Assembly (NCBI GenBank): GCA_951406725.2
Contig: OX597826.1
Location: forward strand, 83,824,001-83,888,000
DNA length: 64,000 nt
From: Octopus vulgaris
Lineage: Eukaryota
Direction: 5' to 3'
This document shows positions 13,516 through 27,042 of the stretch, piece by piece. Positions within the stretch are counted from its first letter, which is position 1; every line of letters starts with the position of its first letter. The position numbers were made by a program, and so were the translations under genes. The notes below the pieces were generated by a model. That model saw only the letters and a program-made list of their open reading frames with translations, did no database searches and had not been told where the DNA came from.

Positions 13516-14942
13516 CAGCAGCAGCAACAGTAGTAGTAGTTGCCAGTGAAAGGTTGGTGGATTGATAAACTAATGGACAAAATGCCCTACAGTATTAATG
13601 TCTCAAGTTTAAATCAGCTTCACCTGCCGAAGAAAGAGCTGCACTCAAGTCCTGGTGTTGATATAATTGCTTATCCTCTCCTACGAAATGCATGGACTCG
13701 TACCAGTATTAGAAACCATTGTTAATGGTAGCAGTAGAAGACAAAGTGGAACAAATAACAGGGGGCTGCACCAAGTGATTTTCTGTACCTAATTACCATT
13801 CAATCTTGAATAAAAGGTTACCCCCCCCCACACACACACACACCTCTTGTACTTAGAAATCAGTTCTTTGTATGTTTTGTCTTTTCTTTGTCTTTTTACA
13901 CTCTGATGCAATGTTCTCTGGCTCCAGACTAATCTTGAGTTGATAAACACAAGTAAATAAAACAGTTATATCTATGTTCTGAGTTCAAACTTTGCTAGAG
14001 TTTACTTCCCATCTCATCCCCCAGCCAGACACAATCAGAAATTATTACTTCAATTATTTCAGAATTACATACACTAAAATTATTCTTATGATAAGCCTTT
14101 CCGACTCTCTGAAGACTGTATGTTTGGAATTAGTTGTCTCACATTGCTGCCAGTAATGTCCATTAATTGTCCCTTCCAAGTCTTACAACAACTCTATCAA
14201 GGTTCTGGCTTATCACGCTGCAAGAACCACATATCAGGTTTCAATTTCACTGCATTTTGACTGTGCAGATTAACAACACCAACCAGCAACATCACCTTAT
14301 GCAGCAAATCTATCAGATCTGTTTAGCATAGAGATCAAAAAAGGAAAAAAAGTGGCACTAAATTAGATACACATTTAGATGGCATTGCTATAAGCTGACA
14401 AGGCAATGCCTCAGGTGGAGTCACCAGGGTAAAAGAAAATGTAGGACAAGGATCTCTGGGCAATATGATCTGAAGGACAAATTGTCATGATCACGATGGA
14501 GCTGGGGACATTTAGAGAGGCAGACCCAAGACAGAGAATTGGGAGATCATTAATGGTTTTTGCCCCATCAAAGGCCAAGGCCTGAGTGAGTGAACAAGAA
14601 AGGTGTAAAAAGTTTAATATTTGCAATTGAAGTGTTGATAAAAATGAGGATAGGTGAAGGTATTTTTTTTTTTATTTAACTTTTGTCTTCCCTGCTTGCC
14701 TGAACATTGCTCATAAGAGATATTGTTTGTTTTTAATTACTTTCCAGCATTAAATATGTTGACACTTGCTCCGCTATTGCTTTTCATATAAATGGTGTCT
14801 CTGAATCATTTCATTTTCCAATAATAAACTGTGACAGAGGGAGAGAAAGACAAGACATGAGAAAGAAAAGATGAGGGTTTTGAGTCATGCTGACCAATCT
14901 AAGTAGAATAATAACCAGTGTGTCTAGCTTGCTACAGGATGT

Positions 14943-15171
14943 TTAACCCTTTCGTTACTGTATTTATTTTGAGATGCTCTGTGTTTCTTTCAATTACCTT
15001 AAATATAACAAAGAATTTAGTAAAATTATGTAGTTATCATTAAGCTAGTGTTAGGAACATAAATTGTGACTAAGGTTTGGTGGATGATTTTAATTCAAAA
15101 CTTATGGAAACAAGTCAATTGTACTACAGAGCTAGAGGCGGTTTCAGCCAGGTTGGTAATGAAAGGGTTAA
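14943..15171. mobile_element. piggyBac-like MITE, second family
   Basis: ttaa-ccctttcgttac...gtaatgaaaggg-ttaa terminal inverted repeats with TTAA duplication. Confidence 0.8.
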
Positions 15172-15555
15172 TACAATTCTAACAGGGTTTGAATGTAGTC
15201 AGTTAAACTCCATAGTGTGAATCATATAAGCGCAGTTGTAAAATCTATCAACTTCGCTTCCTCACAAAAGGTGAAAGGAATAACTCTAGTGTTATTGTTT
15301 AACCCAAGGCCAGACCTGATTGTGCATACTGAGGATCACAGACATTCCAGTTGTGTCTATCCTGGCTTTTATTCAGATATAAAGTCTCGAGGACTTACAT
15401 TGTACAATAGGTCTTCCCTTTTATTAGACAGGAGGGTGTAATTTTGAGGCAGGTTTGGTTGGTGTTTCTAGCATGACATGTAATACCATAGAGGCCAACT
15501 CACTGCACATGTGTATGTGCAGAAGCAATACAGTTGAATGAACAAATTATTAAAG

Positions 15556-16505
15556 CATCATCATCATCGTTTAACATCCGCTTTCCATGCTAGCATGGGT
15601 TGGACGGTTTTGACTGAGGGCTGGCGAACCAGATGGCGGCACCAGGCTCCAATCTTCATCTTGCAGAGTTTCTACAGCTGGATGCCCTTCCTAACGCCAA
15701 CCACTCCAAGAGTGTAGAGGGTGCTTTTTACATACCACTGGCACGGGGGGGGGGGGGGGCAGTTTGGTGGTACTGGCAATGACCTCACTCGAATCTTTTT
15801 ACACATGCCACCGGCACAGGTGCCAGTAAGGCGACATTGGTAACAATCATGCTCGAATGGTGCCCTTTTACGTGCCACCGGCACAGAAGCCAGTTGGCTG
15901 CTCTGGCAACGATCATGCTCGGATGGTGCGCTTGGCACCCTACTAGCACAGGCACAAGTGCCAGTAAGGTGACACTGGTAACGATCATGCTCGAATGGTG
16001 CTTTTTACGTGCCACTGTTTGTTGTTCTGGCAACGATCACACTTGGATGGTGCTCTTTGCACCCTGCTAGCACGGATGCCAGTCATCGAATTTGATTTTG
16101 ATTTCACTTGCCTCAACAGATCTTCGCAAGCAGAGTTTAGTGACCAAAGTAGGAAAAGGTACGCATAAGTGGGCTGGTTACGCTCCAGGCATAGGTCACA
16201 GGTTATGGTCGCATTTGGCTTGCCAGGTCTTCTCAAGCATAGCATATTTCCAAAAGTCTCGGTCGCTAGTCATTTCCTTGGTGAGGCCTAATGTTCGAAG
16301 GTTGTGCTTCACCACTTCATCCCAGGTCTTCCTGGGTCTACCTCTTCCACAGGTTCCCTAAACCGCTAGGGTGTGGCACTTTTTCACACAGCTATCTTCA
16401 TCCATTCTCGCCACATGACCATACCAGTGCAGTCGTCTCTCTTGCACACCACATCTAATGCTTCTTAGGTCCAACTTTTTTCTCAAGGTATTTACACTCT
16501 GTCTC
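15556..16505 (-). mobile_element. RTE-clade LINE 3' end with tandem-repeat 3'UTR and (GAT)n tail
   Basis: Peptide REKLDLRSIRCGVQERRLHWYGHVARMDEDSCVKKC...GRGRPRKTWDEVV; (CAT)n at 15556. Confidence 0.88.
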
Positions 16506-17249
16506 CACTCAGGTAGGTTCTGAGCAGAGCACTTCTTCCTATGATGCTTTATTTAACTAATAGGAATGGATAGCAGACCCCCTCCTAATAGTATTGGCAA
16601 TAACTCAGTACTTCTCTATTCCTTATACCAAAGCTAGGCTTTGTCTCTTGAAAGTCCCTCAGAATTTAGGAGGTATTTCTGTTAGTATTATATGTATCTG
16701 AACACAATATACTCTAATTTGATTAGCATCATTATTGGGTACAGGTGATAATTCAATCTGCCAAGGGTATTAAGCTAATGAGGTGTTGTTGTGGTTACTG
16801 CTGTTGCTGAGAAAGGGTTGGTAGGATTATGAAAATAGCAGACAAAATACCTTGTGTAATTATGTTATGTGTCTACAAATCCTATTAAAGCTTATTCTGA
16901 CTTTAACCATTCTAAGGTTGAATAAAATAATCATCAGGGTTCATTTAATCAAATCTCCTCTATTGCAAAATTAATGGTGTTGAGGCTAAGCTGTTAAAAA
17001 AACCATTCTCATAAGCAGTAGAACGGTGAAGTCACAGAAGCAGTAGAATGTTGTACTGTTGCACAGTGTTTGTATTCTAAGTTGAAATCCTGCCAAAGTC
17101 AACCTTGCTTTTCATAGTTCCACGATCGGCAAATAAGTACCAACCAGTTAAGTGTTATGATTGTACCATTTATCTCAAGTGTTATATCAATTTTCGTTTT
17201 TGTATTTGGTTTGCATGATTCCTGCCGTGAATTCATGTGTTGAAACAAA

Positions 17250-17628
17250 ACTTGTTGTGTCTTAAGAGGGCCGTTATAATAATAACACATGCATTTGTTT
17301 GATATCACCTCTGTATAGTTAGTCAATTGATTAAATACCTAAGCAACCAACTTACTGATTGTTTGTTTAATGTGCTCGTTAAACAATCAATCAGTTTGTT
17401 AGTCAAAGTAAAGCCTGAAGAGAAAACCTGTCACTAAGAAGGTTGTGAATTGCAACGAAAGGACTATGCCTAGCAAACAACTGATTGATTGTTTAACCAA
17501 CACATTAAACAAATGATCTTTTAGTTAATTAGTTAAGTATTTAATCAACTGATTAATAATAAAGAAGAGATATCAAACCAGTGTGTGTGTTATTATTGGT
17601 ATAATGACTCTCCCAAGACACAACAAGT
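17250..17628 (+). mobile_element. Old fold-back PLE remnant with decayed hammerhead (17430-17470)
   Basis: About 160-bp imperfect inverted arms; centre gtca-CTAAGAA-ggttgtgaattgcaac-GAAA-ggac-TA-tgcc. Confidence 0.55.
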
Positions 17629-17649
17629 GTTATATTTTTTTTATAAAGT

Positions 17650-18000
17650 GACCAGTAGACATTTAAACAAAATTTCCTTGTGTTGTTGCTTGGATTCTTT
17701 CTGAGCTAACATGGTCACTAGTCTCTACTTGATTATTATGATAAGTGGCATGGGTTCACTGAAAGAATGGAATTAATAACCTTATTCAGTGAATTGTCAT
17801 CAACAAATGATTTCTCTGGAGCCACTCCTGGTAAGTCATGTTTGGTTTTTTTGACATTCTTGATGTCATTGTGGTACAGTTCAAGGAACAACATTTCTTC
17901 AGGAGCTACCTTTCTCTCACATATTAACCTGCCTTGACATGCCTTCTTCCATTCAACTTCTGGTTCTTTTACAGCAAATTTAAGTATTTTACACTTTTAG
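17650..18000 (-). pseudogene. Possible decayed Ty3/Gypsy pol fragment (protease-RT linker)
   Basis: KFAVKEPEVEWK...HDLPGVAPEKSF...LAQKESKQQHKEIL resembles DLPGxPPxR...ELKxQLxELL; weak. Confidence 0.35.
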
Positions 18001-18907
18001 CAAAACACTGACTTACTGACCTTTCCTCTCTATTCACATGGTCAGAAAGGCTAGTATGGCCTATCCTATTTCACCTTTTGTTCAGGTTGCAATTCCGGCA
18101 TTATAACACATGATGGTACCCAACCTTTATGTTGACTGTATTTATCAAAATCATTAAGCTATTATTATCATTGATGATGATTGGATGAAATGCTAAGCTG
18201 TTGCTATGTTCTGAGTTCAAATTCTGCTGAGGTCAATTTTGCCTTTCATCTTTTTGGGGTTGGTAAAATAAATACCAGTTGAAAACTGGGGTTGATGTAA
18301 TTGACTCATCCCCACCTCCCACAAGCTGCCCTTCTGGCAAAAATTTGAAATAGTTATTATTAATGATGATAATAATAATAATAATTTCAAATTTCAGCAC
18401 AAGACCAGAGATTTTAGGGGATTATATTGATCCCAATGCTTAACTGGTACTTTATTTTATTGACCCTGTAAGGACAAAAGATAAAGTTAACCAAGAAAGG
18501 ATTAAAAGTCAAAACATAAAGAACTGGAAGAAATTCCAGCGAGCATCTCATCCAATGCACTAAAATTCTTCCAGTTCACCAATTTAACAATAAGGTCATA
18601 GAGGCAGTAGGGAGGCATTTGCCTTTAATTAAATGTTTGGCACTGACAAAATTAGCATATGGTAAGTAATGGAGTAAATTCGATCAACTTTACTTCTCTC
18701 CCCCGTAAACATTTGTGGTTTTGGTGAGAAATGCTTATCAGAACTAATTTCGAATTAGCAGAAACAATAATTCAGCAAAGATCAAACTCTTATTTGCATC
18801 ATTACAATCAAGCCACATTTCTGCTATATTCCATGCTTCCAAACCTGGAATCCTTTATTAATAAGAATGCTTATTTAGGGAGCATTCTAATCAATGAGGA
18901 TATCACA

Positions 18908-18941
<34 letters not shown>

Positions 18942-19585
18942 GAGAACAAAGAAAGACACCTCCAAAAGGTTATCAAAGTTATTGCAACTCTGCTGCATAC
19001 AGCAATCACCTTATCACATACTTCATGTGACATTTTATTCTACACAGAATCCAGTTATAAACACATAGTGACACTGCTACTTCAACATTATGAAAACTCA
19101 TAGCTAAATATAGATGTTAAAACCACATATGTAATTCCAGGTCACTACATTGTTGTGTGATGTGTGTGATGTGTGATGCGTGATGAATGATGAGTGATGT
19201 ACAGTGTGTGATGTATGGTTGTCTGATATGGTGATGTGTGGGGATGTGGTGTGTGATGAATATTATATGATGCACGTATGCATGTGTGTGTGTGTGTGTA
19301 GGAGAATATCTTATTCAAAGACTTCAGACAAATGAACATGGAAAGAAATATGGTTACCACATGAATTACACACACAATGCTAATGAACACATGATAAGTA
19401 CCATATGTGCATATGTATATGTTCAAGTGTGAATACAAACACATCTATAAACTGCATTTATATATAATTTTTGACCAATATTCTCTGGTAGATATTGTAA
19501 AATAGCCAACACATGACATACAGATCACATGTGAACATCAATAAAAACAAACACACACAACATTATATATATATATATATATATA

Positions 19586-19718
19586 TGTAGAAACACTGCC
19601 AGATCTGACTGGCCTGGTGCAGCCTTCGGGCTTGCCAGACCCCAGTTGAACCGTCCAACCCATGCTAGCAAGGAAAGCGGACGTTAAACGATGATGATGA
19701 TGATGATGATGATGATGA
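19586..19718 (+). mobile_element. RTE-tail fragment with (GAT)n end
   Basis: ccgtccaacccatgctagc...cggacgttaaacgatgatgat. Confidence 0.8.
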
Positions 19719-19724
19719 TATACA

Positions 19725-20083
19725 TGCAGATGTGGCTGTGTGGTAAGAAGCTTGCTTCCCAACCATACGGTTCCAGGTTCAGCCCCACTGCGTGGCACCT
19801 TGGGCAAGTGTCTTCTACTATAGCCTCAGGCTGACCAAAGCCTTGTGAGTGGATTTGGTAGACGGAAACTGAAATATATGTGTGTGTGTTTGTGTATGTC
19901 CACCCACCATCACTTGACAACTGATGTTAGTGTGTTTATGTCTCCGTAACTTAGCAGTTCAGCAAAAGAGATCCAATAGAATAAGTACTAGGCTTACAAA
20001 GAAGAAGTCCTGGGGTAGATTTGTTCAACAAAAGACAGTGCTCCAGCATGGCTACAGTCAAATGACTGAAACAAGTAAAAGAA
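19725..20083 (+). mobile_element. tRNA-derived SINE family A (CORE-like CCTTGGGCAAG)
   Basis: A-box tggctgtgtgg, B-box-like ggttcagccc, core motif, tail ...gactgaaacaagtaaaaga. Confidence 0.88.
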
Positions 20084-20320
20084 TAGTATATATACATTTT
20101 GTCCCATCCATGCCAGCATGGAGAGTGGACGTTAAACAATGATGATGATACATAAGGATCTCTATTTGTACATCCAGTGAAGAGATAATTCCTACTGTAT
20201 GATAACATATGATAGTTGCTCCCCGTGGAGGAGCTTTGTAAAGCACGTTATAAGGTTATTACCCAGATATTAAATTTTATATATATATATATATACATAG
20301 ACCCAGAGTTAGGGTTAGGG

Positions 20321-20645
20321 ATGAGGTGGTGAAGCATGATCTTCAAATGTTGGACCTCAGGGAGGCAATGACAAGGGACAGAGACCTTTGGTGATATGCC
20401 GTACATGAAAAGACCCGTCAAGCCAAGTAAGATCATTGTTGTGACTGATATAGGTGTCATATCAATGGCACTCATGCCAGTGACACATAAAAAGCACCCT
20501 CTACATTCATGGGGTAGTTGGTGTTAGGAAGGGCATCCAGCTGTAGAAATCATGCCAAATCAGATTGAAACCTGGTGCAGCTCCCTGGCAACCCAGTCTT
20601 CAGTCAAACCCATGCCAGCATGGAAAATAGATGTTAAATGATGAT
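20321..20645 (+). mobile_element. 5'-truncated RTE LINE 3' end
   Basis: DEVVKHDLQMLDL.. similarity to the 16.3 kb copy; shared tail. Confidence 0.75.
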
Positions 20646-21619
20646 ACATATATATATGAAAATCATCATTCAACACCCTTTGTTTCATGCTGCCATAGGT
20701 TGAATGGTTTGAGAGGCTCCAATTGGTCCAAGAACTGCTATTGTGCCCCACTATTTACTTTGTCATGGTTCCTATTCCTGACTGCCCTTCCTAATGCCTG
20801 GCTGTTCTTTTCATATCACTGACACCAGTGAGGGCATCGTGCTGTGCTCACATGTCCAGCAAAATTTGATGGGAGGGGTGCATCTTTGTGTTAGATGAAG
20901 GGCTAAGGCACACACATACACACACACTCTCTCTCTCTCAAGAATTAATTAGTTCCTCCCATCATACTTTCACTTAACACCTCACCTTCTGCCTTCATTA
21001 CACAGTGACCTCATTAATCCTGGCAACATGAAAAAAGGTACCCAATAGTCTCTTTAAAGTGGATGGCAAATCAAGTACAGGCAAAGCAGGACTGAAAGAC
21101 CTCTTTAGTCTTACCAACACCAACACAATCTCTCTCTCTGGAGATTTGCTGTTACACACACACACACACACAAAAAAAAAAGCTACAGCCAGGGCAGTGT
21201 AAAGTGGGCAGTGTTAGGAAGGGCATCCAACTGTAGACATGCTACCCAGACTGAGACACTGGAACAAGACATGGTCCTTCAACCCTTTAGATCCTGTCAA
21301 ACTGTGCAACATAAGCCAGTAGAAAAACAGAAGCATGACAATTTTATATAAATATATGCTGAAGTGAGACTGTATGACATTTATCCATTTCCCAAGTATA
21401 AATATGCTCCAGGTTGGCCTTAGCCATGATGGCTAAAACAAATAAGTGGCATATGTAAAAGGAGTTCAATACAATCAGAAATTAAAACATGATCCCAGAA
21501 TAAATGGCTCCTTGAGAGATAAACTCTACAGGGAACCATTTGATCCTAGACTTATTAGCTCTCTGGGAGACAATCTCTACAAAGGATCACAAATTTAATG
21601 CAAAAACAATTGTAATAGG

Positions 21620-21982
21620 GTATGATTGTGTGGTAAGAAGCTTGCTTCCCAACCACATGGTACCTTGGGCAAGTGTCTTATACTATAGCCTCAGGCTGAC
21701 CAAAGCCTTGGGAGTGGATTTGGTAGGTGGAAACTGAAAGAAGCCTGTCATGTATGTGTATATATATATGTATGTATGTATGTATATGTATATATTTGTG
21801 TGTGTATGTGTGTTTGTCCCCGCTACCATCATCTGACAACTGATGTTGGTGTGTTTAGATCCCCATAACTTAGCAGTTCAGCAAAAGAGACTGATACAAT
21901 AAGTACTTGGTTTACAAAGAATAAGTTCTGGGGTCGATTTCTTTGACCAGAACCCTTTAAGGTGGTGCTCCAGCATGGCCAC
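21620..21982 (+). mobile_element. SINE family A, tail interrupted by a fold-back element
   Basis: Matches the other family-A copies up to cagcatggccac, then switches abruptly. Confidence 0.85.
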
Positions 21983-22247
21983 AACCAAGGAAGGACAAGT
22001 ATCTCAAGTCATTTATAGTAATGTAATTAGGGCAAGGTGAATTTGAAGTCTTACAGCTGTTTCTGGGATATCCCAAGTAATAGGCTAGCATGTCCGTACA
22101 TACCTTGTCACTGACAACAGGATATCCAGTATATGGACATACTAGCCTATTACTTGGGATGTCTCAGAAACAGCTGTAAGACTTCAAATTCACCTTGCCC
22201 TAATTAAATTATCATAAATGACTTGAGATATTCGTCCTGCCTTGGTT
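21983..22247 (+). mobile_element. Fold-back PLE pseudo-LTR remnant with hammerhead motif 22107-22182
   Basis: About 115-bp inverted arms; gtca-CTGACAA-...gatatcc...ggatgtc..-GAAA-CAGCTG-TA-agac. Confidence 0.7.
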
Positions 22248-22264
22248 TTTGTTGTCCTTTTCCT

Positions 22265-22299
<35 letters not shown>

Positions 22300-22415
22300 G
22301 GGTGTTACTTGTCAAATGACAGGTAACTTTGGAAGTATACTTTTGCCATCATGGGTAACAGTCACTATCAATATTAAATATATATATAAATACACACATA
22401 TATGGCTATCTAAAC

Positions 22416-22920
22416 CAGAGGTGGGGAAACACCCACCTGCAGGCACAATTGCACCCACAGGCTGGTATACTCATGTACGAAATATAGTAAACTTTTCAGT
22501 TATAAAATTTATACAATAATCGTATGCCTCTTTGCGACATAGGTAGCATTTCTATGATGATTTAAAACTGTTAGACTCAAGCAAAATCGTCCAGTAATTG
22601 TCATTTGAATGGAAATTTTGTTTTCACTATAAAATACATATTGCTAGGTTTGTGTCACCTCCATGAGACCCAACTATGCTCTAACTGAAAAATAGAGAGA
22701 GTTCATAAGTAAAATAAATGTTCTAAATTCAATGGCGGTGTTAATGAAGATGTTACACATTAATTTAATGTGTTAAACTTATTTTTATTAATGTATATTG
22801 AATTATATATAGATATATACAAGAGTTACACAGATATAAGAGTTAGAACTTGTGATCCACCTAAGGACCTTTTACTTTGGAAATTTTTGCCCATCGCACT
22901 AAAATGTTTTGCCACCCCTA
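22416..22920. mobile_element. hAT-like MITE
   Basis: Termini cagaggtggggaaac / gttttgccaccccta; no clear 8-bp target duplication. Confidence 0.55.
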
Positions 22921-23894
22921 ACAAAGCTGTTGCTTTTTTGCTTCCACTAACTGTTTCTCAAGTTTACCCTTCTACTTCAACTCTTGCCGTGTGTGTGTAA
23001 GTATTTGGAGTCTATTGACTATGCAGCTTTTACCATCCTCTTAGCATCTGTCATTAATGATCATTGATGAAAGTCCTATCAGTTCAACTTGGTGAACAGT
23101 CGGACGCATGAATGGCAGTCTCTGTCACACATGCCATATTTGTGGGTTGTTTTGTCACTGTTAGGTGCAGTGTCCTCTCTGGCATGCTGCTACCTGGTTC
23201 TGCTTCTTCCGTATAGAGCATTCAGTAGGATCCAAGCACAGCAGCAATATGATACGGAGGACAGGTTGTTGCCCATAGAGCTTCTCCTTCCTCTCCATAT
23301 CATTGATGGATCCAAAGGATCAGCACAGTCATAACAATCTGGTACCAGCATCACAGCTGGAGTTCCGAGAATGAAGTTGTACACAATGTTGAACTTCCAT
23401 TAGGGGGCTTCTACTCCTGACATTCCTCAGAGTTTATTCCTGAAGCCTTCCCCATGGCTGAATATTGGTAATAATTTAGCCGAGGTTTGAAATGAAAGTT
23501 TTGAGGAATGTGGAACCACTTCTTACCCATTGTTGTGCCCAGATCTATTCTGGCCCCAGAGTATTAGCATCACCCAGTCAATACTTGTCAGTTTTCTTTT
23601 GTCATCTTTTAACTTATGTTAACCCATTCTGTACCTTTCTCTCTCTCTCTCTCTCTGTGAGGTGAAGCATGACTGGAAAATCCACCAACCCATTAACTAA
23701 TGGTTACACTGGCTATTATCATTACCATTCAAAAAATTCTGCTGAGATAGACTTTGCTGTTCATTCTTTCAGGATTGATGAAATAATTACCAGTTTCATA
23801 AGGGGGGGGGGGGTCAATCGATATAATCGACTAGACCTTCCCACAAAATCTCAGGCCTTGGGCCTTTAGTAAAAATAATCATTATTATCATTGA

Positions 23895-24110
23895 AAGGGA
23901 GCAAGCTGGCAGAATCATTAGCATGCCAGGCAGAATGCATCTCATCTGTCTTCATTCTGAGTTCAAATTTTGCCAAGGTTGACTTAGCCTTTCATCCTTT
24001 AGGAGCCAATAAAATAAGCATCAGTTGAGCACTGGGACGAATGCAATTGGCTTCTCCCCCACCTACTGACCGAGCTGGCCTAATTCCACAATTTGAAACC
24101 AATATTATTA
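23895..24110 (+). mobile_element. SINE family B
   Basis: agctggcagaatcattagc...ttctgagttcaaattttgccaagg...cctttcatccttt. Confidence 0.75.
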
Positions 24111-24138
24111 TCATTCATACACACATACATACACGCAC

Positions 24139-24301
24139 AGGCGCATGAGTGGCTGTGTGGTAAGTTGCTTGCTTACGAACCACATGGTTCCGGGTTCAGT
24201 CCCACTGCATGGCACCTTGGGCAAGTGTCTTCTACAATAGCCTCAGGCCAACCAAAGCCTTGTGAGTGGATTTGGTAGACGGAAACTGAAAGAAGCCTGT
24301 C

Positions 24302-24353
<52 letters not shown>

Positions 24354-24557
24354 GTATGTGTGCATATGTTTGTTCCCCTCAACATTGCTTGACAACTGAT
24401 GCTGGTGTGTTTACATCCTCGTAACTTAGCAGTTCAGCAAAAGAGACCAATAGAATAAGTACTAGGCTTACAAAGAATAAGTCCTGGGGTTGATTTGCTT
24501 GATTAAAGGTGGTGCTCCAGCATGGCCACAGTCAAATGACTGAAACAAAGCAAAAGA
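24139..24557 (+). mobile_element. SINE family A, full length
   Basis: tRNA-like head, core motif, internal microsatellite and tail. Confidence 0.92.
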
Positions 24558-24870
24558 GTGTGTGTGTGTGTGTGTGTGTGCATGTATATACCTGTAGAAT
24601 AAAGTTGGAAATTAAAGTTATCAAGTGCACCAAGACCTTAATTTCTTCAAATGTATGTTTTAAGTATGACAGACTACAACTCTAAACAAAAGTAAGGTGG
24701 TGCCCCACCAACTTCCCTTTTCCGTAATTTTTGGGTTTGACTTGTGTTTTATGTTTTTAAACCATGTTTTAAATATCCAATATTATAATTTTTCAAAACT
24801 AGAATTTAAAAAAAATTTATTGTCCCATTCCCCACATTTCATTACTTTCACTTATGACTTTCTCTCTCTC

Positions 24871-25243
24871 TCTTTTACTTGTTTCAGTCATTTGACTGCG
24901 GCCATGCTGGAGCACCGCCTTTAGTCGAGCAAATCGACCCTGGGACTTATTCTTTGTAAGCCCAGTACTTATTCTATCAGTCTCTTTTGCCGAACTGCTA
25001 AGTGACGGGGACGTAAACACACCAGCATCGGTTGTCAAGCAATGCTAGGGGGACAAACACAGACACACATACATATATACGACAGGCTTCTTTCGGTTTC
25101 CGTCTACCAAATCCACTCACAAGGCATTGGTTGGCCCGGGGCTATAGCAGAAGACACTTGCCCAAGATGCCACGCAGTGGGACTGAACCCAGAACCATGT
25201 GGTTGGTAAGCAAGTTACTTACTACACAGCCACTCCTGTGCCT
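24871..25243 (-). mobile_element. SINE family A, full length, young (CpGs retained)
   Basis: Reverse complement of the 24139-24557 family sequence. Confidence 0.92.
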
Positions 25244-25910
25244 ACTTTCATCGATTATTTTTTTTTTTCCAGATTTACATTGAAGCTTACACTTATCTAA
25301 AAAAAAATTCAATCATTTAGCACAATTTTGAAATTTCAAGTTCTTTTGTTTTTTTTTTTGATAGTTTGTTTCCTCCCAGGTAATGTTTCCTTAGATATTT
25401 TCTTATATATTTTGAAATTTCAGAAAATTTTCAAATCAAATAAATTGGAAAATAATTGAAAAGTTACACATATCTTTGAAGAATCACATTTAAACCATAA
25501 ATTAAGGGGCAAAAAACAAAAACAAAAAATTAAAATTGGAGAAATGCAGACAAGGGTAGGGCATCACTCCATATACTTGCCATTTTTTCTCACAGAAATG
25601 TAATCCATGATACTGTAAACATGTCCAGAGGAATGATGGCTTTGGGCACACAAGGAAATTTCTGACTCCATAGAAAAACACACACACACACATATATATA
25701 TATATATGACATATATATAATATACATATATCAATATATACATAGCATAATATACATATATATATGTATATATATGAATAGTATAATATACATTATACAT
25801 ACATGCTTTTATGTTGAGTTGTAACAGACACAATTTTACCTTAAATTATAGAATTACTAATACTCTTTGTAGAGTACATATTTAATCCGCTTTTACAAAA
25901 ACAAAAAGCA

Positions 25911-25996
25911 TTGCCAGTGACTTGGAAGTTTCGGCCTGTTACCTGTATACACTGGACGATCTGAAGAAGAGGCCGAAGCCTCAAAGACACTGTCAA
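25911..25996 (+). mobile_element. Short fold-back remnant with decayed hammerhead
   Basis: Arms 25911-25937 and 25970-25996; CTGAAGA at 25961; same family as 58526-58653. Confidence 0.5.
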
Positions 25997-26015
25997 CCCT
26001 ATTCTTAGGAAACAA

Positions 26016-26046
<31 letters not shown>

Positions 26047-26291
26047 CAGGCACACAGTTAAACAAAGGCAAGCAACCTTTCCTGCAGCCACACACGTGTA
26101 TAAACAACAACATTGGCAAATACACAACACATGCATGTATCCATCTACACACACACACACACACACATAAATACTTATACACACACACACACACACACAA
26201 ATACTTATACACACACGCGCGCGCGCAGTTCTCAGAGACAAATAAAAAGCAAAATTAACAACACCCACGACACGCACGGGTGCACACACAT

Positions 26292-26333
<42 letters not shown>

Positions 26334-26442
26334 AACACTGACATACACAAACACCTCCTCCTCCTCCCCTCAACAAACCCGTCACTCGTGTTCGCCATGG
26401 TCGGAAACTTAGAAACGTACGGAAACACATCTTTCGTCTTCG

Positions 26443-26835
26443 CTTTTATTTTGCTTCAGTGCGGTCATGCTGGAGCACCTCCTCCAGAGGTTTCTTTCTA
26501 TTTGACAAATCGAACCCAGTCATTGTTTATTCCATCCGTCGCTTTTCGGCTGAAGCGCTAAGTTACGGGGACATAAACAGACCAACACCGGTTGTCAAGC
26601 GTTGGTGGAGTGGACAAAGCACAACACACACGCATTTATTCTTCTATGTTTCAGCCCTGAGGTTGCGGCCATGCTGGGGCACCGACATTTTATATACATA
26701 TATATACACACGATATATACATATATATACACACACACGAGTGGCTTCGACACAGTTTCTGTCTACGAAATCAACTGACAAAGCTTTGGTCGACCGTGGG
26801 GCACTTGCCCCATGGTGTCATGCAGTAGGGCTGAA
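26443..26835 (-). mobile_element. SINE family A fragments
   Basis: gctaagttacggggacataaac..ccggttgtcaagc and ctttggtcgacc..cacttgccc. Confidence 0.7.
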
Positions 26836-26997
26836 TATACATTTTGATAACAATATACACACACCTACATCTACAGGCTATATAAACTTACGCAGCGTCG
26901 CTATTTACTCATATTTATACGCATTTGTACGAGTGTGTGTGTGTGTATATGTGTTTGTGCGCGCATACATATAAGTATAAATACCTCTGTATGTATG

Positions 26998-27042
<45 letters not shown>

